Below, in pieces: positions 13,372-27,190 of a stretch of DNA of 64,000 nucleotides. Position 1 is the first letter of the stretch. Each line of letters starts with the position of its first letter. Source of the stretch: Eledone cirrhosa (Eukaryota); the NCBI GenBank assembly GCA_964016885.1, contig OZ024759.1, positions 20,212,001-20,276,000 of the forward strand, given 5' to 3'. The translations under genes and the position numbers were made by a program. The notes under the pieces are model-generated. The model made no database searches, had not been told where the DNA came from, and saw only the letters and a list, made by a program, of their open reading frames with translations.

Positions 13372-14045
13372 GGACATTATTATTATTATTATTATTATTA
13401 TTCCTTGCCATTCTGAGTTCAAATCCCGCCGAGGTTAACTTTGCCTTTCATCCTTACGGGGTCGATAAAATAAAGTACCAGTAATGTACTGTGTAATTGC
13501 TGGCCTTGTGCCAAAAGTAGAAACAATTATTATTATTATTATTAGTATTATTCCTTACATTAAACTATAATTACACTCTTTATTCCTTACATTAAACTGC
13601 AACTATGTTGACACTCTTTAAATAACGTCTTCCTTGTGAATTTTGTGGTCTTGTTTTGCTTAACTAATGAATATATATATATCATCATCATCATTAGCGT
13701 CCGTGTTCCACGCTTGCATGGGTTTGGACGGGGGTTTTCCCACTTGAGGCAAGAGTGGTTGTCTTGCTCGCATAGGACTGTCTGGCGGGTTTTCTACAGT
13801 TGGATGCCCTTCCTAACACCTATCTCATTTGTTTCGGCCTGGATGGTGTGGCACCAACATAACCTATATATATATATATATATATATTATCATCATGATC
13901 ATGATCACCGTTTTACGTCCATTCTTCCACACTAGCATGGGTTAGACAGGTTGTCCTGTTGTCAGCAATGCCAGGTCGGATGACCATGTCTTGCTCATAC
14001 GGGAACTGATTTTGGCTTGCTTTCTACAGCTGGATACAATATATA

Positions 14046-14794
14046 TCATCATCATCATCATCAACGTTTAACGTCCGTGTTCCACGCTTGCATGGGTTTG
14101 GACGGGGGTAGTCCCACTTGAGGCAAGAGTGATTGTCTTGCTCGCATAGGACTGTCTGGCTGGTTTTCTACAGTTGGATGCCCTTCCTAACACCAACCAC
14201 ATTTACAGTGTGGGTCTGGGAGGTTTTTACCGTGTTGCCTACACGGCCACATTACAGCGTGGACTGTGTGTTTTTTTGTCGTGACACCTACACGATCTCA
14301 TTGGTTTCGGCCTGGATGGCGCGGCACCAACATAACTTTACATAGAATGGGGTGGTGTGGATGGGGTGGGGGTGGTGGTGGTGGGACGGGGTGTATTTTG
14401 TTAGAGATGCCTACTGGCTGGAGTAGGTTTTACTATATATTTAGGTAAGGCGGGTCTTCTCTGTTATTGAGTATCGCCAAAGGTCTCGGTCCAGTGACTT
14501 TGTCTTGGAGAGGTGTAAGTGTGTGATGTCGGAGTTTATCAGCTCGTCCCAGGTTTTTCTAGGTCAGCCTATTCCGTGACTACCGTCTATCTTTATTGCC
14601 CTGCACTTTGTTATACAGCTATCGACTTTCATGCGCATCACGTGTCCATACCAACGTAGCCTTCTCTCGAGTAAACAACATCTGATCCCTCTTATCTCTA
14701 ATTTTTTCCTTAGTTCGTTTATGCTTTGCCGTTCACGTATATTACTGTTACACATCCAGCGGAGCATGCAAGCTTCGTTCCTCTCTAGTCTGCG

Positions 14795-14796
<2 letters not shown>
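14046..14796 (-). mobile_element. 5'-truncated RTE LINE: ORF C-terminus, 3' UTR and (GAT)n tail
   Basis: LRRLERNEACMLRWMC...ERRLRWYGHVMRM motif. The UTR recurs as many short fragments (for example 5514, 6124, 13683, 32749, 41404, 54180). Confidence 0.85.
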
Positions 14797-14836
<40 letters not shown>

Positions 14837-15002
14837 TAATAATAACAAAGATGAAGTATGAGATCTTCCTTACGTTTATTGAGGTGTGACGCGCATTTCG
14901 CGGTTGATCATCTCAAGGTTCAATATGTATCGATCTGGCCCGACTCCGGAATCAAAAGCTTGTCGGACAGAATGATCTTTTTAGGGCTTTTTCTTTAAAA
15001 AA

Positions 15003-15070
<68 letters not shown>

Positions 15071-15072
<2 letters not shown>

Positions 15073-15553
15073 AGTCGGACCTTCGTAAGGACCTGAAAAA
15101 TCCGCCTCTTCATTGCTGTAGTGGAGCCTGTGGTGTTGTACAGGTCTGAGACTTGGACACTGACCAAGAGACTCACTCAGATGGTGGATGGGTGCTACAC
15201 GAGAATGTTGAGGATGGCTCTGAACATTAATCAGTATACACTGAGGATGAAAAACTCAGAGCTGTATGGGAGCCTCCCAAAGGTCAGCTCAAAATTGACA
15301 CAGAGGAGACTGAGGTTAGCTGGACATGCTCACCGACATCCAGAGTTGACATTGCACTCAGTGCTCCTGTGGGAGCTCCTACATGGACACACTGGAAGAG
15401 GAAGACCAAGGTTAACGCATGTTGATGCCCTAAGGACAGACACTGGTCTGTTGGAGACGCAGGAGACGGCAGCGATAATGAGGGACAGAGACCGCTGGAG
15501 AGAACTCGTCCATGAATCTCGGTAATTTTACCCGCCTTAGATAGATAGATAGA
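15071..15553 (+). mobile_element. 5'-truncated RTE-X-like LINE with (TAGA)n tail
   Basis: VLYRSETWTLTK...DGCYTRMLRMALNI...RRLRLAGHAHRHPE...GRGRP...RDRWRE*; short UTR then TAGA repeats. Confidence 0.85.
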
Positions 15554-16211
15554 TATATACATATATATACATGAGAAGAATATCCTGAAGTCAATCAGAA
15601 AATAACTACAATTAAATATGGTTCTCAATACGTCAATAGAGAATAAACATTTCTATTATATAGAAATGACTTCTACAACAAGACTAGAATTGTTTCATTT
15701 GTATGATTTTACAGGATATATATATACATACACACACACACGTGTGCTTAGGTATACTTGGGTATATCTAAGCATACGTGTATTGGTTGGCTTCTTGCTA
15801 TAGTGAATATAAACATATACATACATATATGTGTACATACACACATGTACACACACACACACACGTACACATAAAACCAAACATATACATACATACATAT
15901 ATATATATACAATATATACATTCATGTGTACATATTTTTACACACACATGTACACACACATACACTTAAAGTCAAACATATATAAATATATAAATTCAAT
16001 ATATATACATACATGTGTAAATATATACATACATGTGTATATATAGGTGTAAATCTCAACATATGTGTTGGATGGCTTATTGGTTCGGGTGTGTTAAATA
16101 AAGAAATATATCTTTATATGCAAACATATACATTTAGATATACACACTCCATATACACATACACACAAACATATATATGTATGTATATGTGTGTGTATAT
16201 ATATATATATT

Positions 16212-16609
16212 CATCATCACCATCATCACCGTTTTACGTCCGTTCTTCCACGCTAGCATGGGTTAGACGGGTTGTCCTGTTGTGGGCAGTGTCTGGTCGG
16301 CTGACCATGCCTTGCTCATACAGGAACTGATTTGGCTTGATTTCTACAGCTGGATGCCCTTCCTAACACCAACCTCATTTACAGTGAGTGCTGGGTGCTT
16401 TTTTTTTGCCGTGGCACCTCCATGACCACTTTGCAGTGGAATGTTAGGGACCCTAGTCTCTATCATCTCATTTCTACAGCTGAGTAAACTGGAGCAACAT
16501 GAAATAAAGTGTCTTGCTCAAGGAAACAACACATCACCCGGTCTAAGAATTGAACTCACAACCTTTCGATTACAAGGCCAATGCTCTAACCACTCAGCCA
16601 TGTGCCTCC
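16212..16609 (-). mobile_element. Full-length CORE-type SINE with RTE tail
   Basis: Reverse complement has the tRNA head, CORE domain, RTE 3' UTR and (GAT)n. Confidence 0.8.
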
Positions 16610-16666
16610 ATTTACTGTCTGTGAGGGGGTAAATTACTCTAACACTAATAAGAAGTTAGAAAAAAG

Positions 16667-16702
16667 TCTTAACGTTTCAGTTGCTAGTCCTTCATCTAAA
16701 GA
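16667..16702 (-). ncRNA. Dead family B hammerhead remnant
   Basis: Minus read TCTT TAGATGA A GGAC TAGC AACT GAAA CG TT AAGA; core and stem II mutated. Confidence 0.45.
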
Positions 16703-17038
16703 TAAAAACAGAAGATAGATGTGTCATATATTACATTCATCCTTTCCTTTCTATCTACACTATCCTGTCAGCTTTGATTCTCATCATACCTCATCACCTC
16801 ACATATACCTACTCCTAGCATATACTACCCTACTACCACACATCCCCACCCAGATACACATTATACCACACACATACATTGTCACACCCCCACTCTCACC
16901 ATAAACATCTATAACCATACACCACCATCACACATACACAAATACCCAATGGAGATGTGTGTGTGTGTGTATATATATATATACACACACACATCAATAT
17001 TATGTATCATCATCATCGTTTTTAAGCAGGCTTTTCCA

Positions 17039-17109
<71 letters not shown>

Positions 17110-17131
17110 GTATATATGTATATGCACCAGC

Positions 17132-17183
<52 letters not shown>

Positions 17184-17345
17184 TATATGTATATATGTAT
17201 ATGCACAGATAGAATAAAGCACCAGTAATGCATTGGGTAATTGCTGGCCTTGTGCCAAAAGTAGAAACAATTATATATATATATATATACACACACAGTA
17301 TCCTTAATACTATATACACACACATACATACATATATATATATAA

Positions 17346-17391
<46 letters not shown>

Positions 17392-17969
17392 CCATTATCA
17401 CCCCCACACATCGCCCACCATACACCCCACCACCATACCACACATCATGTAAGTTGACAATCCCAGTTTAATTATTCTGCCATGAGAGGAACTCTTGCAA
17501 TACAGTCTGTCTTCAGCTGACTGCCACACACATACACACTCTCCCATACATACACTCACATACATACACACAAAACACAGCCACACATACACACACTCCC
17601 ATACATACACTCACATACATACACACAAAACACAGCCACACACACACACACACACATCACACACCACTCATCACACTTGTCTGCAATTTCTACATTTCAT
17701 ATTACCTTCCTCTGATCTGGCAGTTACACATAACAGACAAATTAATACATACATATATATATGTATGTATGTATGTATATGTATGTATGTATATATATAT
17801 ACATATATATATATGTGTATGTATGTATGTATTTATATATATGTATGTATGTATGTATTTATATATATGTATGTATGTATGTATTTATATATATGTATGT
17901 ATGTATGTATTTATATATATGTATGTATTTATGTATATATATGTATGTATGTATTTATATATATGTATG

Positions 17970-18001
<32 letters not shown>

Positions 18002-18012
18002 TGTATGTATGA

Positions 18013-18068
<56 letters not shown>

Positions 18069-18089
18069 GTATATATATATGTATGTATG

Positions 18090-18162
<73 letters not shown>

Positions 18163-18252
18163 ATATATAATATATGTATGTATGTATGTATGTATGTATA
18201 AATGAAAAGTATAGTGATTATTGTAGCAAGAAGCCAACAGTATTCCATAATA

Positions 18253-18341
<89 letters not shown>

Positions 18342-18497
18342 CATTCCAATCAAAGCTGCTACTAAATGTCAACAAGACAGACCTGATATAGTTGTTCCGT
18401 GAAATTATACACACACATACACACACACACACACACAGACATACACACACATACACATATATATATATGTATGTATTTATAAATGTATGTGTGTGTA

Positions 18498-18535
<38 letters not shown>

Positions 18536-18763
18536 TTTATTTTCCACATGTCATTGTTTGAGATATTTTTATCCATTTATATATATCATCATCATCATCA
18601 TCATCATCATCTAACATCTATTCTCTGTGATTGCATGGGATAGCCAGTCTGTCACTTCACAAGCCTAGACAGGTCAGGTGACCATGTCTTACTCAAATGT
18701 TCCATGTTTTGGGCTTGTTTCTACAGCTGGATGTTCTTCCGAATGTCAACCGTTTGTCTCCTA

Positions 18764-18795
18764 CAACTGATGAAGGACTAATGTCCGATACCTTG
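18764..18795 (+). ncRNA. Dead family B-like hammerhead remnant
   Basis: CAA CTGATGA A GGAC TAAT GTCC GATA CC TTG; GAAA mutated to GATA. Confidence 0.45.
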
Positions 18796-18892
18796 AACTT
18801 TTTTTTCTTCTGTTTCAAATGTGAAACTTATAAAATAATTTTTATTGTTGTACCTCTGTGTGTTGGTCTTTTTAACAACATTTCTATATTAA

Positions 18893-19112
18893 CCTTTTAG
18901 CATTTACATTACTCTATATATACTATTGTATTTTCATGGTAAACGCTTTACCTCACATAACTATCTCACTTAATATCAAATCTATGAGATTTTGATATCA
19001 TTTATTTTGAGAACAATACCTCAACAGCAATATGAGGCGCTGTTTACAGCTGGTTTGAAGAGAAAGACGTGAGAGAATCTGGCCGGATATGGCCGGTTTA
19101 AATGCTAAAGGG
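18893..19112. mobile_element. piggyBac-like MITE (~220 bp; also 24731-24949, 28035-28660 x3, 55836-55910)
   Basis: TTAA on both sides; CC(C/T)TTTAGCATTTA terminal inverted repeat. Confidence 0.85.
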
Positions 19113-19242
19113 TTAAATAAGGATGTTTATATACATATATATATAAATGAAGTAATTCCGTCGGAAAGGTATAGGAAAAAAGAGTGCTCTATGTAGGCTA
19201 CAGAGCTTATTAGTTATGTAATAAACAACATAAGATAATTAT

Positions 19243-19303
19243 TTCATTCACCAGTGGTTTCTTGAAAGCAGATATTGTTTCTGTTTTCAGTCGTCAGAAT
19301 GAA
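19243..19303 (-). ncRNA. Type I hammerhead (family D), cleavage site mutated
   Basis: Minus read TTCATT CTGACGA C TGAAAACAGA AACAATA TCTGCTTTCA A GAAA CCA C TGG T G AATGAA; position 17 is G, which is normally not cleaved. Confidence 0.7.
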
Positions 19304-19452
19304 TAAAAAACATGGTGTTTTTATTATTATATATATATATGTATATGTCCCAAGTTATATTGGGGATAACCACATTTATAAAGGTACTCAATACATTAGT
19401 AGAGTGTAAACATCCTTATTTAATATAGAAATGGCTTCTTTGAAATACAAGA

Positions 19453-19487
19453 CTAGGACTGTTTCATTCATATGAAATCATCAGGAA
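19453..19487 (-). ncRNA. Hammerhead-like core (family E), stem I not evident
   Basis: Minus read CTGATGA T TTC ATAT GAA T GAAA CAG TC CTAG; the same family forms the inverted pair at 57415-57530. Confidence 0.45.
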
Positions 19488-19597
19488 TACCGGGTGACAT
19501 AGAAAGTTGTTGATACTTACTGGTTTCCTAGTGATTGGGGATGGTAGTGGTGGTGTTCCTATTTTAAGGATCAGATATCAATATATATATATATATA

Positions 19598-19815
19598 TAG
19601 TTATACTTTGGGAGGGTCATGCTGCCAATAAAAACACATGCACCTGTTGGTTATCACTTCAATTTATTTAAAATTTCCGGTTGGTTGGTTGGTTCGATAA
19701 CCGGATGGTTGTTTATATATTGTCAAAGCTCTTTTGTCACACATACTGTGACCTCCTCAGTGACTGGGTTTTTATTTTGTGTGACTCCTTTGTTCTGTCA
19801 TACACCAACAAGATG
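19598..19815 (+). repeat. Unclassified dispersed repeat starting at (TA)n with GTTATACTT(T)GGGAGGGTCAT
   Basis: Copies at 3864, 33262, 46545 (+) and 57180-57405 (-). Confidence 0.7.
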
Positions 19816-20429
19816 GTTGATATTGATAAAATTAACAAATAATTTGGAGGGATTTATTAAAATTATTAATTACTTCATTATCAAGATGGTATTTATGATA
19901 TAACTAAGTAAATAGTTCTTATATACAAATTTTGTTGGGAGATAATAATTTAATCAAAACCCTATATATTGGACAGATTTTGTTTCATTAAAACCGAAGT
20001 TAGTTTTGGCTGGATTTGTAACAAAACTGTTAAAAGGATATTGGTAACATGACTTAATAAGAGCTTCATATCATCATCATCATCATCATTTCATGTCCAC
20101 AAGAGTATTGGCTACAAAGCTTGGCTAGATGTGGTTCTGCCACAGCTGAACACATTGCTGGGGTCAAGATAGGGGCATCCACACTGCAGCCCTGGGAGTA
20201 TTGATAAGATATTGCTAATCCTATCACTGCAACAAGTAACAGTTTCTTTTAAATTGAAACCCATAAAAGTGGGTGTTATTGTTTCATAGAACCAGATCTG
20301 TTTTGAACAAAGTTAGAGTCAAAAGGTTTTCAATGACCTTTCTAATAATTTTTCCAGTTCTTCCATTTTTATATGGTTTAACCCTTTAGCATTTACATTA
20401 CTCTATATGTACTATTATATTTTCATGGT

Positions 20430-20611
20430 GGTGGATTGGCAGTATCGGTAGAGGGTTGAACGCCATGCTTTCTAGCATAGTTACGTCCCTTTACGGTCTG
20501 AGTTCAAATCCCGTCGAGGTTAACTTTGCCTTTCATCCTTACGGGGTCGATAAAATAAAGTACCAGTAATATACTGGGATAATTGCTGGCCTGGTGCCAA
20601 AAGTAGAAACA
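20430..20611 (+). mobile_element. Meta-type SINE inserted in the piggyBac-like MITE at 20382-20792
   Basis: 16-bp TSD ATTATATTTTCATGGT at 20414-20429 and 20612-20627. Confidence 0.85.
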
Positions 20612-20890
20612 ATTATATTTTCATGGTAAACACTTTATCTCATATAATTATCTCAGATAGTATCGAATCCAGGAGATTTTGATATTATATATTTTGAGAA
20701 CAATACCTTAACATAAATATGGGTGGCTGGTTATGGCCGGTTTGAATAAAAAGAGGTGAGAGAATTCTGGCTAGTTATGGCCAGTTTAAATGATGATGAA
20801 ATCTCTCCAATACTTTCATTTTCTACAAGAGTTAAAAGTTTGGCAATGTTGGTTTATATCAAAACAAAAACTTGTCAGTGCTCACATAAT

Positions 20891-21081
20891 TGTTTCTACT
20901 CTTGGCACAAGGCCAGCAATTACTCAGTGCATTACTGGTACTTTATTTTATCGACCCCGTAAGGATGAAAGGCAAAGTTAACCTCGGCAGGATTTGAACT
21001 CAGATCAGAAAGGGGCGTAACTCTGTGCTACAAAGCATATTGTCCGACTCTCTACCGATACTGCCAAACCACCACCACCAC
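20891..21081 (-). mobile_element. Meta-type SINE
   Basis: Reverse-complement copy with TSD TCAGTGCTC(A/C)CATAAT. Confidence 0.85.
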
Positions 21082-21321
21082 TCAGTGCTCCCATAATGCT
21101 CACTTTATCAATTGTTGATGAAGGCAAGCTGTATATAAATAATTTTATATATACATTTCTGTCAGAAACATGGATTCATGTGCCAAAATTATGAAAGACT
21201 ATGTTGATCTCATGTTTTTGTTTATTAAAAGTATACCTTACACACACACACATATATATATATATATTATATATTTAATGTAAGCTTTTCAACAAAGACT
21301 TATAGGGATGTGTGTGTGTTT

Positions 21322-21355
<34 letters not shown>

Positions 21356-21574
21356 GAACTATGAAATAAATTACCCATAATGCTGTAAGAAATGTGACCT
21401 TTGCCCAACCTATGATGTGAAAACATTTAGAGTTACAAGTAATTAAATGGAAAGTGGTTTTTTTTTTTTCTCTCACCCTGTAATAGTTAGCCACCACTCA
21501 CACCAACACCTCAACTATTATCACTCCTACCACCACCAACACCTACACCACTACAACTATTTTAACTACTACCA

Positions 21575-24050
21575 CCACCACCACCACCAACACCACTATT
21601 ATCACTACTACCACCACTACTATTATCACTACTGCTACAACCACCACCAACACTACCACTATTATCACTACTACCACCACTACTATTATCACTACTGCTA
21701 AAACCACCACCAACACTACCACTATTATCACTACTACCACCACTACTATTATCACTACTGCTACAACCACCACCAACACTACCACTATTATCACTACTAC
21801 CACCACTACTATTATCACTACTGCTACAACCACCACCAACACTACCACTATTATCACTACTACCACCACTACTATTATCACTACTGCTACAACCACCACC
21901 AACACTACCACTATTATCACTACTACCACCACTACTATTATCACTACTGCTACAACCACCACCAACACTACCACTATTATCACTACTACCACCACTACTA
22001 TTATCACTACTGCTACAACCACCACCAACACTACCACTATTATCACTACTACCACCACTACTATTATCACTACTGCTACAACCACCACCAACACTACCAC
22101 TATTATCACTACTACCACCACTACTATTATCACTACTGCTAAAACCACCACCAACACTACCACTATTATCACTACTACCACCACTACTATTATCACTACT
22201 GCTACAACCACCACCAACACTACCACTATTATCACTACTACCACCACTACTATTATCACTACTGCTACAACCACCACCAACACTACCACTATTATCACTA
22301 CTACCACCACTACTATTATCACTACTGCTACAACCACCACCAACACTACCACTATTATCACTACTACCACCACTACTATTATCACTACTGCTACAACCAC
22401 CACCAACACTACCACTATTATCACTACTACCACCACTACTATTATCACTACTGCTACAACCACCACCAACACTACCACTATTATCACTACTACCACCACT
22501 ACTATTATCACTACTGCTACAACCACCACCAACACTACCACTATTATCACTACTACCACCACTACTATTATCACTACTGCTACAACCACCACCAACACTA
22601 CCACTATTATCACTACTACCACCACTACTATTATCACTACTGCTACAACCACCACCAACACTACCACTATTATCACTACTACCACCACTACTATTATCAC
22701 TACTGCTACAACCACCACCAACACTACCACTATTATCACTACTACCACCACTACTATTATCACTACTGCTACAACCACCACCAACACTACCACTATTATC
22801 ACTACTACCACCACTACTATTATCACTACTGCTACAACCACCACCAACACTACCACTATTATCACTACTACCACCACTACTATTATCACTACTGCTACAA
22901 CCACCACCAACACTACCACTATTATCACTACTACCACCACTACTATTATCACTACTGCTACAACCACCACCAACACTACCACTATTATCACTACTACCAC
23001 CACTACTATTATCACTACTGCTACAACCACCACCAACACTACCACTATTATCACCACCACCACCACCACCACCACTATTATCACTACTACCACCACAACA
23101 ACTATTATGACAACTGCCACCATCATTACCACAACCACCATCACTACCACCACCAACACTAGCACTACCACCATCACCAACACCACTATTATGACAACTA
23201 CCACCCCCGATACCACCAATACTGCCACCTACACCACCAGTACCACTACCAACTCTACCAATACTGCCACCTACACCACTACTACCACCACCAGTACACT
23301 ACCAACTCTACCAATACTGCCACCTACACCACTACTACCACCACCAGTACAACTACCAACTCTACCAATACTGCCACCTACACCACTACTACCACCACCA
23401 GTACCACTACCAACTCTACCAATACTGCCACCTACACCACTACTACCACCACCAGTACCACTACCAACTCTACCAATACTGCCACCTACACCACTACTAC
23501 CACCACCAGTACCACTACCAACTCTACCACTACTACCACCACCAGTACCACTACCAACTCTACCAATACTACCACCACCAGTACCACTACCAACACTACC
23601 AATACTGCCACCTACACCACTACTACCACCACCAGTACCACTACCAACTCTACCAATACTGCCACCTACACCACTACTACCACCACCAGTACCACTACCA
23701 ACTCTACCAATACTGCCACCTACACCACTACTACCACCACCAGTACCACTACCAACTCTACCAATACTGCCACCTACACCACTACTACCACCACCAGTAC
23801 CACTACCAACTCTACCAATACTGCCACCTACACCACTACTACCACCACCAGTACCACTACCAACACTACCAATACTGCCACCTACACCACTACTACCACC
23901 ACCAGTACCACTACCAACTCTACCAATACTGCCACCTACACCACTACTACCACCACCAGTACCACTACCAACTCTACCAATACTGCCACCTACACCACTA
24001 TTATCACTACTACCACCACCAGTACCACTACCAACACCACAACCACCACC
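21575..24050. repeat. 63-bp minisatellite (about 23 units) followed by a 54-bp minisatellite
   Basis: ACCACCACCAACACTACCACTATTATCACT... unit to about 23050, then CCAACTCTACCAATACTGCCACCTACACC... unit. Confidence 0.95.
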
Positions 24051-24954
24051 ATTACTAGCACCAGAACTCATTTGGAGAATCTCCATCATCATCATTTATC
24101 ATGCGTGGTGCTTGTGTACATATGCATGTGTATGCCTCTGTGTTTGTGCATGTGGGTGCATGTGTGTGTATGTGTGTGTGCATGCATTTATGTGCATATA
24201 TTGTGTGTGCATGTGTGTGCAAGTGTATGTGTGTACATATGTGTGTGTGCATGTGTATGTGTGTGCATGTGTATGCATGCATGTGTGCAAGTGTGTGTGC
24301 AAGTGTATATGTGTGCATGTGTATGTGTGTGCATGTGTATGTGTGTGCAAGTGTATGTGTGTGCATGTGTATGCATGCATGTGTGCAAGTGTATATGTGT
24401 GCATGTGTATGTGTGTGCAAGTGTATGTGTGTGCATGTGTATGTGTGTGCATGTGTATGCATGCCTGTGTGCAAGTGTATATGTGTGCATGTGTATGTGT
24501 GTGCATGTGTATGTGTGTGCATGTGTATGTGTGTGCAAGTGTATGTGTGTGCATGTGTATTTGTGTGTTCATGTGTATGTGTGTGTGTTCCCTGATAGCG
24601 AGGGTAAGATAGTTTGTCACAGATCAATATTTACTCTGAAGTCATTGATCTCTCACTCAATGGAATGAACCATACAGTTTATTGTGGTGCCAACACTAGG
24701 AATTTCACCTGCTTAAGACCAACTCCTTAACCCTTTAACATTTAAACCAGCCAGATCTGGCCAGAATTTTCTCACCTCTTTCTGTTCAAACCGGCTGTAA
24801 CCAGCCACTCATACTGCTGTTAAGGTATTGTTCTCAAAATAAACAATATCAAAATCTCATAGATTCAATATTATGTGAGATAATTATGTGATAAAGCCTT
24901 TACCATGAAAATATAATAGTAAATATAGAGTAATATAAATAGTAATGGGTTAAT

Positions 24955-26070
24955 AGTCTCTGCCTTTTCTTGGGCAAGTATTTTACAACTTTATGCCCTT
25001 CCTATCACCAACACTAAGGAGGCTGTCATATCATTGGTATAGCTTGAAGTGTAAGTTCTTAGTACACTACACTTTCTTAGGCAAGGTTTTCACCAACAGT
25101 AAGGAGGCTGTAATGTTATTGGTACAGCTGAAGACTAACTCATTAGTATACTCTACACTTTCTTAGACAAGTTTTTTATGGGAAGTTGACATGTTATTCG
25201 TACAGCTACTCTCTGCCCTTTCTTGGGCAAGGTTTTTATAGCTTTATGCCCTTCCTATCACCAATACTAGGGAAACCATGTTGTCTTTGGTACATCTTAA
25301 AGTGTAAGTTCTTAGTACACTCTACACTTTCTTAGGCAAGTTTTTTATGGCTCGTTTCCCTTCTTGTCACCAACACTAGGGAGGCCATGATGACATTGGT
25401 ACAGTTGAAGACTAACCCCTTAGTACACTCTACCCTTTCTTGGGCAAGTTTTTTACAGCTTTATGCCCTTCCTATCTCCAACTCTATGGAGGTTTTCATG
25501 TTATTCTTACATCTACTCTCTACCCTTTCTTAGGCGAGTTTTTTACGGCTTGATGCTCTTCTTATCACCAACCATTTTACAGAGTGTACTGGGTGTGCTT
25601 ATGTAAATCACCGACACTAAGGATGTTGTCGTGTCTTTGACACAATGAAAGAGTCCTCTCTTCTCTTTGTTTGACAAGCTTTCTATGGCTGAATACTCTT
25701 CCTCTTGTCAGCCACTTTACAGAGTGTACTGGGTGCATTTATCATGGCACCAACACTATGGAAGTTCTCATCTCTTTGACACAACTGAAGAGTCCTCCAG
25801 ACCCTTTGTTTGGCATGTTTTCTACAGCTGGATACTCTTCCTAGCACCAACGACTTTACAGAGTGTACTGGGTGCATTTATCATGGCACCAGCACTAGGG
25901 AGATTGTCATAGCTATGGTATAGCTGAAGAGGCCTCCCAACAAGATTTCTATGAATGGATGCCTTTTTTTTTATATCACCAGCCATTTTACGGAATGTAC
26001 TGGGTGTAATTTAACATGTCACCAACACTAGTGAGGTTGTCATGCCCTTGACAAAACTGAAGAATGTTGA
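24955..26070. repeat. Degenerate tandem array containing RTE 3' UTR-like segments
   Basis: Recurring TTTT(A/C)TACAGCT..ATGCCCTTCCTA.CACCAAC motifs also found in the RTE UTR. Confidence 0.6.
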
Positions 26071-27190
26071 GGGAGTAGTCGAGGGTGGCATATGAAGTAG
26101 GGACTGTAGGCTGAGGTGGGTGTGGAGTAGATGGATAGATGGGTGGCAGTTTGGCTGTGGGTGAAATGGAGCAGAGGGATGGGTTGGGTTGGTTCCATTT
26201 TTTTTTTGTTTTATTTCACTTTGTTTAGTATTTTTTTAATATTTATTGTTTATTTATTTTTATATTTTTCATTTTTTTTTGTTGCTTTTGTTGAGTATTT
26301 TTTTCTTTCTTGTAATTGTTTGATGTATCATGTTCTTTGATATTCAAATATGAAATTTAGACATCAAAGGACAATAACAACAACTAACAAACAAAACAAA
26401 GACGCCTAAAACCCCACCCACCGTAGCATATATATAGGGGCACCCTCCCAAAATATATGTAGTAAAAAAAGCATCAACAACAACAACAACAGCTAAAATA
26501 GCAGCAATAACAACAACAACAACAACAACCACAGCAGCAACAACAGAAACAACAACAATAACAACAGTAACAACAAGAGGAATAGCAACAATAGTAACAA
26601 CCTCAACAGCAATAGCAGTAATAACAACAACAACAGCAACATCAACAACAACATCAACACTATCATCATCACAACAGTAACAACAATAGTAACAACAACA
26701 ACAACAACAACAGCAACAGCAGCTACAACTACAATAGAAGCAACAACAACAACAACAGCAACAACGTCAACACTATCATCATCACAACAGTAACAACAAT
26801 AGTAACAACAACAACAACAGCAGCTACAACTACAATACAACAACACCAGCAACATCAGCAACAACATCAACACTATCATCATCACAACAGTAACAACAAT
26901 AGTAACAACAACAACAACAACAGCAGCTACAACTACAATAGAAGCAACAACAACAACAACATCAACATCAGCAACATCAACACTATCATCATCACAACAG
27001 TAACAACAATAGTAACAACAACAACAACAACAGCTACAACTTCAATAGAAGTAACAACAACAACAAACTAATGACCTATTTTCCTGTAAATGTGAACTAA
27101 TGTTGTATTGGAACCTGTGACCTTCCATATTGAAATAAGATCTACCGAGGACAGAGGTGGGTGGAAGAGGGTGTGTTGAAACACCACATA

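Noticed and set aside
15121-15525. 134-aa ORF as a host gene
   Set aside because: It is the C-terminus of an RTE-X-like LINE ORF, truncated at the 5' end and followed by a (TAGA)n tail.
21543-24612. 561-aa and 501-aa ORFs resembling mucin or extensin
   Set aside because: 63-bp and 54-bp minisatellites built from CAC/TAC triplets, running into (TG)n; open on both strands.
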